Below are positions 10,453 through 20,225 of a stretch of DNA of 64,000 nucleotides, in pieces. This DNA is from Perkinsela sp. CCAP 1560/9. Lineage: Eukaryota; Protista; Euglenozoa: Kinetoplastea. Where the stretch lies: NCBI GenBank assembly GCA_965644495.1, contig CBFFSA010000021.1:119756-183755 (forward strand), given 5' to 3'. Made by a program: the position numbers and the translations under genes. Below the pieces are notes generated by a model. It saw only the letters and a program-made list of their open reading frames with translations. It was not told where the DNA came from and made no database searches. The number at the start of each line of letters is the position of its first letter. Position 1 is the stretch's first letter.

Positions 10453-13400
10453 ATGACCACTTCGTATTTATTCAACAGCCAGAAGTTGGATTATCGGACG
10501 ATTGCTACAGAAGGAAGATCTTACCGAATATGGAGAACCTTGCAGGACGTCACTAAAAAACTGGAGAGAACTTTTAAAGCCCATTTTGAGAATGATTTTT
10601 CACTCGACATCGAGCTGCTAAATAAATTATGGGACGCTTGGAACAGTTTTACCAACGAATGTGAATCATGCGTAAGAGATGGTGACATTCATGGATTTCG
10701 ATGCCTCAGTGGTATTGCGAAAGGCTCCCTTCTGAAGATTAGCAATTCTAGCTTGGCAGTACTCCGCAGGGTGAATCAGAAGATGGACGAGACATTGGTT
10801 ATGCGTGTTTTGTCTGCTATCATTCAATGCGCCTCTCTATTCAGTAATTTGGACCTGGTTGATCGAACCACCCAAGCTTTTCAACTTAATGCCACAGAAA
10901 ACAATGAAGAGACATCTTCTGCCGCTGATTTTAATTTTGAGCGTGGAAGCCTACCCACCGGTCAACTGGGACCTCCAGCTGAATTAGCAGTGTTTCTTTT
11001 ACAGTGTGGAGAGATTATGTTGAAATTACGTGATCAAATTGATGATTCCGTAAAACCGGCATTGACACGTATTTTTACTGCGCAGCTTGCGGGTGAACTT
11101 AGCCATGGGGGACAGTGGAGACGATGGTGTGAGGCAGTCTCCTCCCACCCGGATCTTCGCGAGGAGCACTGTAGTCCCTGTTTGTCACTTCTTGCGATGT
11201 ATGACTACCTTAGATCGGAAGACAAAAAAGAAAAGGAATGGGACGAAACAATCCAGCGTATTATAAGCAACACTCTAACCTGTGATCTAGAGCTTTTTAA
11301 CTCTGTGCTTCCGGAGCTTGATTTAATTCTGGGCGGGGAAGAAAGTGAAAATAAGGAGCGCAAGAAAAAGATTGACGAAAAGTCTGCGACTTCGTGCACT
11401 TTCCTGACTGAACTTTTTAGAAATGCAGAACAAAAAGAGAATCGTGGAATTTTTAAGAAGATTTCTTACCAACGAATCTACATGGCTATTTCGGCGTGCT
11501 TAATACTCCACTACAAGGAGGAGTCCGAATCAACTTCCTTTAATAATTCGGAATCCCGCCCGAAAAGACCTAGAGTGGATGTGGCGAAAACCGAAGAAAA
11601 GGGAGATAGAGTGCTTTCCTCAGTGAATGCTATCTGTCTTTGGCTCGAGGTTTCTTATCATTTTTCGATGGATCTTCTGGCCCATTCCTTGATGCTTTGT
11701 GTATCTGAAGACTCATTGTTGATCTTTCCTACCGCTTCCATTGAAGATTTATTCCATCGAAAAATTAATCATATCTTGGACCAGTGCGTGATTCAAGAAA
11801 TGAAGAAAACAGAATTAAGGGTGCTGGAAACTCTTGAACACACAGACCCTGTCGTCTTAAAGGCAGGGCTTTGTATAGGCCAGTTGCATGCTACCGCGTT
11901 TTTTAAAGATCGCACTGGAAGTCGTGAAAAATTAGGAAAAGATGCCCCCTTTACAATGCTCATGCAACATTCAATACTCTGCCCGATTAATCAATTTGAC
12001 GATTTTCGTGCCTTATGGGAGACATTTATTTCCCGCGTTTGTTATCTCCATTACGAGAAGCGGTTCTTTCGTTCGTTTTACAAGGCGTGTTGTGCGCAGC
12101 CCCATGAGAAACTTCTAAACGCTTTTCATATTCTTGAGCAGTTGCTGCTGATATTCTTTCGAAATGCTAACTCGTCTAGTCAGAGTCTGACTACCTTTCT
12201 TGAGGACGTATGGCCTCCTGATTCTAATTTAATTTATGACGCAGAAGCTTTGACACCTGTACTATCGGCAAGCGCCTCCACCGATTTGAAGTGCGATTCT
12301 AATTCCTCAGCTGCAGTGTTTTCATGCCTGGTTTGCAATGCTGTCAGCGACTTGGCGCTCGGCTTAGAATCCTATCAATGGTCGGACCCTCCTCTATGGC
12401 TGGCGTTAGTGAAGGACAAATTTGAAGACACTCTGATTTCTTGTTTGCAGCATACGACGGTGAATCTCGAATTCGAAAGTATCTTTTGCGATATCTGCAA
12501 GACCAATACTGAAAATGTCAATCATATTCAGAGCAGATTGAATTTTTGCTTTCGAACGCTATATGGAATGAATCGATTGCGCTGCCTAACTCTTCGATTT
12601 TCCCAAGAGCACTCGAATGTGGATACATCTGCTCCCTTTAATATCAGGGTTCACGAACGTTTCCTTCAATTGTTTGTTCCGGATATACGCGTAGCAGAAC
12701 AAGTGGGAGGTTTATCAGATTTTTCAAAATTATTGTTAAAGAAATGCGGCACTGCTATCTTTAAAAAATGGGGCACGTGTGCAGCCCCGTGGTGGTGGCT
12801 CTGTAGCTTGACGTTAGACTACAGGCTCTTGCGCGCCTACAATGTGGACCACACAGACGCACCTGTAGTGTGTCAATTCTTACAACAGCTCGTTCAGTTT
12901 CTTCGTGAAAAGGTGACAGTATGCAAAGAAGGACGCTGCAGAGCAATTCAAGAATTATGTGATCTACTTAAAAGTCTAGATGAAATAATTTTTGGTGCCG
13001 ATCCCAACACCGTAGTAGAATCTATTTTTTGCAGCAGCGAACTCGTGGAAGATGAAGAGCAGCACATGGAAAATCAAGTTATTTCAAGTCTTTCGCGCCT
13101 TCCCCACATGTCAGTAGAACATTATGTAAGATGCGTAAAATGGATTCTGAATGGTGGCACTGATACATATATTTCAAAACACGCTAACAATGTGACAAAC
13201 GAATGCACAAAAGGTGGACTAACCTCGCTTCGTGATACTACGTTAGGTTTGATCGGTGCACTTTGCTCCTGTTCACAAGACACTTGCAAATCCTTGCATG
13301 CTGCATCGACATCCACTCGAGATGCAGAATTCAATCATTTCGTCGCAACAGATTATCAAAAATTGCTTAAAAAAATTCTAAACGATTCACCGAATACCAA

Positions 13401-15153
13401 AGCATCCAAATATCGCATAAATGATCACACTCATCTGCGTACAGACTACATAGATATATTCTTGAAACTTATACAACTCTCAGATTTACAATCTATTTGT
13501 GTTGCTGGGCGTGCCTTGATAGATTATATCAAGGATACTCCTTTGAGCTTGTCATCCCTTCAAGAAGACAAGAGTCTTGCTCTTCAGTTAACATGCGCTT
13601 TCTTCGAAGAGGCGACCCAAAAGGCAATCCAATCACGCTTTTCGAACTTGGAAACGTCGCCGTCTGCATTCCAAGACGAGGCCTTCGATACGCTCAAAAA
13701 TCTGTGCTTTGTATATTTGAACTCCACAAAGACGCTGATGCGAGCGGCTGTGAACAGTGCAATAGGGAAAGATGAAGCAATGCATTTTCTTACGAACGGC
13801 ACGCATGTGCTGCGATTGCTCAATCTGTTGATTAGAAGTGAAGACATTGACAAATTCGGGGATACACTCCCACGAATGCTGCTTCGATTTTGGAAAATTC
13901 ATCGTCGATTCGTTAACAAAACACGGGGTGAACGAGCGTGTGAACCTGAAAATCTTACGTCCTTCGCTATGGAATTGATAGCTCTGACGGATTATTTCAC
14001 AGCCAGCATGAACTCGGATGAATGGTGTACGCTATTTCAAAGTCGTATCACGGGTAAAGAGGAGTTTGCCCCATCAAGTAAGTACCACGGTCTGAACTCT
14101 AACGTGGTGCAATTCGTCTTGGATGAAACTACTTCAGATATGAACCCGAACGCATTGCCTACAATTTTAAGGGAAACCAGAGTTCTTCGCACCGTTGGCT
14201 CTGTGCGTCATTACTTTTTACAAAAATTACAGGACAGAATTCGTCGAATCGAGGTCGAAACTTGTCTTGAGACAGATGAGAAACGCTTGCTACACTTTCA
14301 GTACATCTTAGATATTTTTCGATCATTTTTAGTAACTCTGTCAAAACCATCGGTTCAGCTATCACAAATCTTCACCTCACTTTTATCAAAGGTGAGCATA
14401 CTTCTAACAGTGGAAACACGTAGTCAATCTGAAATTCTCAATAAAACTCTGCCAATCGTTTGTGAGGCTTTGGTCCGATCGAAACTTATATCTCTTTCAT
14501 GTGTAACCACTAGTCTATTGCTACGTGTTGTGGCGCAAGCAACGAGATCTACGTGCAAAATTTCGCTTCCCACGAAAGTCTTGCATAATATCCTTGTAGC
14601 ACATGGACAAAGCATATCCACCGCTGCATTTCCATTTCTTTTGCTCACCTATCGTAATGTTCTGAGAATGAGCTTTTCGTGCTTCATGGCGAAAAATGAA
14701 AATGTGAATGCAACGAAGTGCTCTGTAGAGAAGTTTGACGAGACAAGAAAAGTCGACACATCTAATACCACCAACACAACAACATTTCTTAGATCTCTGC
14801 GCTTGGTGCGTGAGTTCATTAAAGTTGATCTTTCTTTGTCCCAATCTCGTTCTTTGCTGAACACTATTTTTGATACACTTGGCTCCTGTACAGTGCCTAT
14901 TAATTCACTGTGCCTGAAGGAAGCCTACTTGGTTCTTCGTCCTCTTTTAGAAAAGCACCACAAGTCAGATAGCGAGATTCGAAGAGCACAAATCACAAAA
15001 TCAGATGCACAATCTAGCAAGGATGCCCAGAGAACTTTCTGCAATGATAATTATTTCATAGTTCCAAAGTACGATATCACACTTTGCTCATATCAATCCG
15101 ATATCGTGAAATCTATCATGCAGTTCCATATGCAGAGCCTGGGGATTCGTTAA
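10453..15153 (+). CDS. Large hypothetical protein (1566 aa, probably alpha-helical)
   Basis: Long uninterrupted ORF in cluster orientation; no motif recognised. Confidence 0.8.
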   Translation: MTTSYLFNSQKLDYRTIATEGRSYRIWRTLQDVTKKLERTFKAHFENDFSLDIELLNKLWDAWNSFTNECESCVRDGDIHGFRCLSGIAKGSLLKISNSSLAVLRRVNQKMDETLVMRVLSAIIQCASLFSNLDLVDRTTQAFQLNATENNEETSSAADFNFERGSLPTGQLGPPAELAVFLLQCGEIMLKLRDQIDDSVKPALTRIFTAQLAGELSHGGQWRRWCEAVSSHPDLREEHCSPCLSLLAMYDYLRSEDKKEKEWDETIQRIISNTLTCDLELFNSVLPELDLILGGEESENKERKKKIDEKSATSCTFLTELFRNAEQKENRGIFKKISYQRIYMAISACLILHYKEESESTSFNNSESRPKRPRVDVAKTEEKGDRVLSSVNAICLWLEVSYHFSMDLLAHSLMLCVSEDSLLIFPTASIEDLFHRKINHILDQCVIQEMKKTELRVLETLEHTDPVVLKAGLCIGQLHATAFFKDRTGSREKLGKDAPFTMLMQHSILCPINQFDDFRALWETFISRVCYLHYEKRFFRSFYKACCAQPHEKLLNAFHILEQLLLIFFRNANSSSQSLTTFLEDVWPPDSNLIYDAEALTPVLSASASTDLKCDSNSSAAVFSCLVCNAVSDLALGLESYQWSDPPLWLALVKDKFEDTLISCLQHTTVNLEFESIFCDICKTNTENVNHIQSRLNFCFRTLYGMNRLRCLTLRFSQEHSNVDTSAPFNIRVHERFLQLFVPDIRVAEQVGGLSDFSKLLLKKCGTAIFKKWGTCAAPWWWLCSLTLDYRLLRAYNVDHTDAPVVCQFLQQLVQFLREKVTVCKEGRCRAIQELCDLLKSLDEIIFGADPNTVVESIFCSSELVEDEEQHMENQVISSLSRLPHMSVEHYVRCVKWILNGGTDTYISKHANNVTNECTKGGLTSLRDTTLGLIGALCSCSQDTCKSLHAASTSTRDAEFNHFVATDYQKLLKKILNDSPNTKASKYRINDHTHLRTDYIDIFLKLIQLSDLQSICVAGRALIDYIKDTPLSLSSLQEDKSLALQLTCAFFEEATQKAIQSRFSNLETSPSAFQDEAFDTLKNLCFVYLNSTKTLMRAAVNSAIGKDEAMHFLTNGTHVLRLLNLLIRSEDIDKFGDTLPRMLLRFWKIHRRFVNKTRGERACEPENLTSFAMELIALTDYFTASMNSDEWCTLFQSRITGKEEFAPSSKYHGLNSNVVQFVLDETTSDMNPNALPTILRETRVLRTVGSVRHYFLQKLQDRIRRIEVETCLETDEKRLLHFQYILDIFRSFLVTLSKPSVQLSQIFTSLLSKVSILLTVETRSQSEILNKTLPIVCEALVRSKLISLSCVTTSLLLRVVAQATRSTCKISLPTKVLHNILVAHGQSISTAAFPFLLLTYRNVLRMSFSCFMAKNENVNATKCSVEKFDETRKVDTSNTTNTTTFLRSLRLVREFIKVDLSLSQSRSLLNTIFDTLGSCTVPINSLCLKEAYLVLRPLLEKHHKSDSEIRRAQITKSDAQSSKDAQRTFCNDNYFIVPKYDITLCSYQSDIVKSIMQFHMQSLGIR

Positions 15154-15433
15154 TCGCATGTTTTATGTTTTCAGCCATCCAGTAGTTTCAGTCATCTTCA
15201 AACGTTTAAGCTTCGCAAACACGAGATGCCATTCCAGATCATCCTATGGATCACATCTGAATTTTATTTGACGACTTTTATATGACTTTCATTTGACGAA
15301 GTTTTATTGGTTTTATTCATACGTGTATATGTATGTACATTTATATTCATGAAAGGTTTGAGTGTGTATGAAAACATGAAACTCTCCCAAAAGGAGATAA
15401 TCCAAAGTTTTCCACTTTATCTTTATCCTACCT

Positions 15434-16315
15434 TTGACCCCATGCTCCTCTTCGACCTCTCCCCTAACTAATCCCTCCATGCGGCGTTGTCTTTCCCACT
15501 TGATCTCTCAAGCCGCTCCAAACGGGAAACCCAACTTCTGTATTCACTCCTCCTTCCCGACGCTTAATATAGAAATCCTGACCCTTCAATCCACTCACGC
15601 TATTCACATACTGAACGAGCAGATCTCGAGTGAAATGATTTCCGTATTGCGTCGTGCCCAGGAGAGCACAACTACTGATGTTGTGATCCTTACCTCCGAG
15701 GGGAAGTCTTTTATGGTGGGAGCAGATGTAAAAATGATGGCCAGCTGGAGATCTTCTTCTTCTTCCTCATTTCAGGAAAGCACTCTGGAGCCCTTTCGAG
15801 ATCTACAAGAGACCTTTTTAAATTTTCCAAAACCGCTGATCGCCGCTGTAAATGGATTTGCTCTAGGATGTGGCTGTGCGTTGGCTACGTTGTGTGATAT
15901 TGTGATGGCTTCTGAAAAAGCAGTGTTTGGGTTTCCGGAGGTTCGTCTAGGGCTGATTCCGTTCCTCGGCACCACGCAGAGACTCCCCCAGTTAATTGGG
16001 AAGACCCGAGCCATGGAGTGGATTCTCTCTGGGAAGTATTACTCGGCGACCGAAGCGGAACATGCAGGGCTTGTGTCGAGTGTACACCCTGTGGGGGATT
16101 TAACGACCAAAGCCGTGGAGCTCGCGACAACGATAGCCTCTCGTCCGGCATCGGCCGTGCGTCTGGCTAAAGAGGCGATGAGTTATGGCCATCAAGAGAG
16201 AGCGCTTCACGGTTTGAAATTTGAGCAAAGATGTTTCACTACTGCATTGCAGTCTGCTGAATCAAAAAAGGAGATGGAACGTTTAATCCAAGGCCTAGAT
16301 TCGCGCAATTCGTAG
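15434..16315 (+). CDS. Enoyl-CoA hydratase/isomerase (crotonase) family, probably mitochondrial
   Basis: FMVGADVK, PKPLIAAVNGFALGCG, FGFPEVRLGLIP and GTTQRLPQLIGK motifs. Confidence 0.9.
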   Translation: MTPCSSSTSPLTNPSMRRCLSHLISQAAPNGKPNFCIHSSFPTLNIEILTLQSTHAIHILNEQISSEMISVLRRAQESTTTDVVILTSEGKSFMVGADVKMMASWRSSSSSSFQESTLEPFRDLQETFLNFPKPLIAAVNGFALGCGCALATLCDIVMASEKAVFGFPEVRLGLIPFLGTTQRLPQLIGKTRAMEWILSGKYYSATEAEHAGLVSSVHPVGDLTTKAVELATTIASRPASAVRLAKEAMSYGHQERALHGLKFEQRCFTTALQSAESKKEMERLIQGLDSRNS

Positions 16316-16543
16316 CCGAGTTCTACAGCTACGCAGTATTTCAAGTTTGGCGAACGCTACTTTGTAAGGAATTGCGCTCCGGATACCTTTTAAAGGGCAT
16401 ACATATTGCGAATACGCCCCAAAAGAATTTAACAAGCCATTGAGTAAAGCATAAATACTTTGACCAAAATACTTTTTGCGATTGTGACAAAAAAATAGGT
16501 CTTCAGTTTGTTTCTCGAACAGCTTTTCTTTCCCCTTTTTCCC

Positions 16544-17602
16544 ATGTCTCAAGGCTTCACATTCACCCGGGCTTGGATTAACGGGCGCAAACTACGCTAC
16601 CCGGTCTACGGTATGGAGTACTCCAGCTTCCTCCCCCACTACAACATTTGGGCATGGAAACAAAGTGAACTGTACCGCCAGCTCTATGAGGCCCAGATGG
16701 AGCACCTGCGTCGGGTCTACCGCAGACAGTGGTATGAGTCCTACCGCACGAACGCAGATGAGTACATCAGTGTGTATTCCGTAACCAAAGCCGCACAATA
16801 TAAAAAGTGGAAGGCGGAGGTCATCCTAGAAGACGAAAAACGACGGAACGCTATGTGGAAACGAGCCGCCGCAGATTCCTTAAAACAGAAGCAAAACGAA
16901 ATGTGGCGCGAGTTCAGCGAGAAGCAGTTCTTTTACTGGTACGAGAGAGCCTCGGAACGACTGCAGCACATGAGTCAAATCAAGTGGATTGCTCGACCGC
17001 AACTCTCTACGCACATCCAGCAGGAGCTGCAGCGTTACGTCGCGCGGGATAACATGGGGAAGGACTCCTCGGAACATCGCTACCCGTTAAACTTTGTGGG
17101 ACAAATGCCGTTGCTGGAGGATTCAGAGGGGAATATTGTCGGCGTCCCTCACCATCTCGCGCCGTGGCATCATCTCCGAGAAAGAGACCTGCAACGAAAG
17201 AGCGATGCTGCAGACGAAACAACCTCGGGGGCGAAAAAATCAGAAATGGCACCCTCCTCTAAAGTGTTTTTCTATGGTCCTGAGGGAGACCGTTCGGAGA
17301 GCATGGCAGCGAAAACGGACAAGGACGCTATGTTTTCCGTAGATCCTCACTCGATTAGCAGTGAGCCAATGCGCTTCACGACGCAAAAGAGTGCTCCAGG
17401 GGAGGAAACGCGCTTTAAAGCTGAAGTTGAGGCCCAGGAGTCCATTGACGCTACTTTTGAAAATACTTCCGAAAGCAAAGCCGTAGAAAGATCTGCTGCT
17501 CAAATGCAAGAGGACAAGGAACGGCTTCGATTGCGCGAACGTGAAGGACTCTCACACAAAACCGCCTCGAAAATGACAAAGAAGAAAACAAATCCTAATT
17601 GA
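16544..17602 (+). CDS. Aromatic-rich helical protein; possible mitochondrial ribosomal small-subunit protein (mS26-like, tentative)
   Basis: ATG at 16544 follows a polypyrimidine tract; long helical YEAQMEHLRRVYRRQW segment. The gene is well supported, the family call is weak. Confidence 0.5.
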   Translation: MSQGFTFTRAWINGRKLRYPVYGMEYSSFLPHYNIWAWKQSELYRQLYEAQMEHLRRVYRRQWYESYRTNADEYISVYSVTKAAQYKKWKAEVILEDEKRRNAMWKRAAADSLKQKQNEMWREFSEKQFFYWYERASERLQHMSQIKWIARPQLSTHIQQELQRYVARDNMGKDSSEHRYPLNFVGQMPLLEDSEGNIVGVPHHLAPWHHLRERDLQRKSDAADETTSGAKKSEMAPSSKVFFYGPEGDRSESMAAKTDKDAMFSVDPHSISSEPMRFTTQKSAPGEETRFKAEVEAQESIDATFENTSESKAVERSAAQMQEDKERLRLREREGLSHKTASKMTKKKTNPN

Positions 17603-18209
17603 TGTAGTCAGAAGCTCTGACACTGCTTTGCTAACATTCTACTAAGTTTTCTTGGAGCTTCCAAGAGAGTACCAAGAGAATGGTAGTCCTTCCTTAATGT
17701 TCGAATTACCGTATTCGCAGGATCGCCTTATCTAGTCCTCGCAATAGAGTACAGAGGATACAGAATTGTGAACATGTTACGGCTTCTAAATATCAATCTC
17801 ATGGTACACCACGATATTAAGAGGTTTCACGTATCAGTATTAGATGTGACCACTTTTCGCACCCCGAGACATTCCCTTAGATAGCATTTCCTCTCCATTA
17901 CCCACGTTTCGGCAGAATGCTGGACAACGCGAGAATGAAAGGCGCAACCTTTAGTACCCACCTTTAGTACCTTTCCGGGAAAGTCTAGAGCTACACAAAA
18001 GAGTTCGTCGGTCTTGTGACGTAGACTTTCTAAGTCAAAAGTGTAAGTCACGGCCATTTCAACGCGAAGCAAGTAGCTTTGTCTTTGCGGTTGACGACGA
18101 TCATGTTTAACAAAGCCTATAGTTTATTACGATATTATGATTCGTGAACAGCTGCGCAATACAGCGCGTTCAATTTTTATAGGTTCAGTTCTTGCTTATT
18201 GTATTAAAA

Positions 18210-19073
18210 ATGTCCGAGAACGTGGATGAAGAAACGGCATCAAGCAGGTCATCGCTGCGAGATGGTGAAACGAAGCTTAACCCCAAGAAACTACTTTCCC
18301 GGGAAGAATTTTACACACTCTATCAGCAGCAGAAGAAACATTTACTAGCGACTTCTTCGGGGAATGAGAATGTACTTTCATGTTCTGATTCTCTCAAATC
18401 TGAATCCTCCAACACTTTGTCGAGACCCCATCGCAATCTCTCAGCTGTGGCCGCAGCGGCGATGGCACGTGCAGAACGTCAACGAAATCAGTCCGGTGCA
18501 CAACAAAATGCGGATCAAGCCACAGAATGCGACGAAGAATCATCCCGGGATCATTCCGAAACCGTTCCGAACTCATCTGAAGTGATTCGGGACCTAAAGA
18601 ACGATTCTCCAGCCATGCCACAGGAAATTTCAGAACTTATCGAAGAAAACAGCGAGGGACGAATGCACATGGAGGACAGCGCGGCGCCAGGGTTTCAATT
18701 TATTGCTGTTATCCGTCTTTCGCATGAATTTCGATTATTGCTTCTTAACGTTATTAAATGTGCTTTCCTTAGTGCGTTAGTCACTCGAGGACTTTCATCT
18801 CGTACGCTTCTCGTTTTTTTCTTATTGATTGCGTCCAGTGTATTGCGGTATTTTTCGAGTTTTATCGTTACGCGACAACCAGACAGGAACGCGCGAACAA
18901 CAAGCGCTGTCCGTTCTGGTGAGAATGCTCCACCTGTTCCCATATCCCGGGTAGCTTATGTATCACTCATCTGTTGTCGCACCCTTACTTTCTTATGGCA
19001 AATATTATTCACGTTTCTGTGTTCTCTTTACCCTGGTTGGAGAATAGAGACGTTAGAAAGCGTGGAATCATAA
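18210..19073 (+). CDS. Membrane protein with a HERP/Usa1-like C-terminal membrane region (tentative)
   Basis: Hydrophilic N-terminus, two adjacent hydrophobic segments, then C-terminal FTFLCSLYPG resembling FFxSLxP. Confidence 0.5.
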   Translation: MSENVDEETASSRSSLRDGETKLNPKKLLSREEFYTLYQQQKKHLLATSSGNENVLSCSDSLKSESSNTLSRPHRNLSAVAAAAMARAERQRNQSGAQQNADQATECDEESSRDHSETVPNSSEVIRDLKNDSPAMPQEISELIEENSEGRMHMEDSAAPGFQFIAVIRLSHEFRLLLLNVIKCAFLSALVTRGLSSRTLLVFFLLIASSVLRYFSSFIVTRQPDRNARTTSAVRSGENAPPVPISRVAYVSLICCRTLTFLWQILFTFLCSLYPGWRIETLESVES

Positions 19074-19430
19074 ATAGTAGGGTTACATTCATAAATTCAA
19101 AATTTAATTGCCGCTTAAATGAAAAACGCGAATTTTTGAATATCTTGCACATTTTTGCTATGTTTTTCTCCTACCCAAACTATTTTTTGGACGAGGAATT
19201 AGGGATCACGCGAACTGCATGATGAATGTCTGCATAAAGTAGGAGACCATATTCTTTACCCGCTTAATTTTATAATGCGGTTACTTAGAGGCGGCGTATC
19301 ACAATTTTCAAAGTTGAATCCTTTTTAAATGCCATGATAAACAGGTATTTCATTGTTTACGCCAATCCTTTTGCAAACTGCTTAAAAATTTCCTAATCAT
19401 AACCTAATCATAACCTACCCATAACATTCA

Positions 19431-19829
19431 ATGCCTCCTAAGCAAAAAGCAGACCATGTTGTGTTGCATAAGTACGAAGGAATGATCAGCGAACATCGCG
19501 CTCTCATGGCCAAAGTAGCCGAAGTCGATGCTGAGAAAAATCAAACCGAAATGACACTAGAAGCGCTACGTAACATGGAGGCAGAACGACGCTGTCACCG
19601 ACTGGTTGAAGGAATTTTGATCGAAGGAACGGCTCGGGATACGATACCAGAGTTGGAGGACGCGACTACCCAAATGGAGCGTCTTTTAAAAATTTTACAA
19701 GAACAGCTGGAAAGAAAATCACAAGCTTTGCGAGAATATGCTGCGGAGCACAACTTAGAAGAGCGTCTGGGATCAAATAATGTGCAGAAAGATGAGACCA
19801 GTACTTCAACTCCTGGAGTGCTTGCGTAG
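19431..19829 (+). CDS. PFDN2: Prefoldin subunit 2 (beta type)
   Basis: 132 aa coiled coil with the RRCHRLVEGILIE beta-hairpin (family RKCFRMVGGVLVE). Confidence 0.85.
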   Translation: MPPKQKADHVVLHKYEGMISEHRALMAKVAEVDAEKNQTEMTLEALRNMEAERRCHRLVEGILIEGTARDTIPELEDATTQMERLLKILQEQLERKSQALREYAAEHNLEERLGSNNVQKDETSTSTPGVLA

Positions 19830-20225
19830 TGTTTTAGCGGCGTAAAGGGATGAAGGCGTGCCCATGCCCTAAGCAGACGCACTCATATTCCATGTTTTCC
19901 GTGTCATGCCTTCTGCCACGTGTTTGAGTCGACTACCTTGCACCATGTATTCATTGCAGAAACCCGCACTTCGAAAGTTCTTTTATTTAGAGAAAAAATA
20001 ATCTTAAGGAGTATACAAGAGAACCCACGAGCATACACGATATACTGGACTAACTAAAAACTCTAAAGGACGCGACAAATACATTAAGGAGAAAAGATTA
20101 CATTGGATGTAGTACTAGTCCACATCCATGTATCGTCAAAGAGTGTATTTTTCTGCATCGCATTGTCACTTCTCTTTCCCTTTTAATCCCTATTCCTCAA
20201 TGCTCACGCAAATCTTCGATATTAA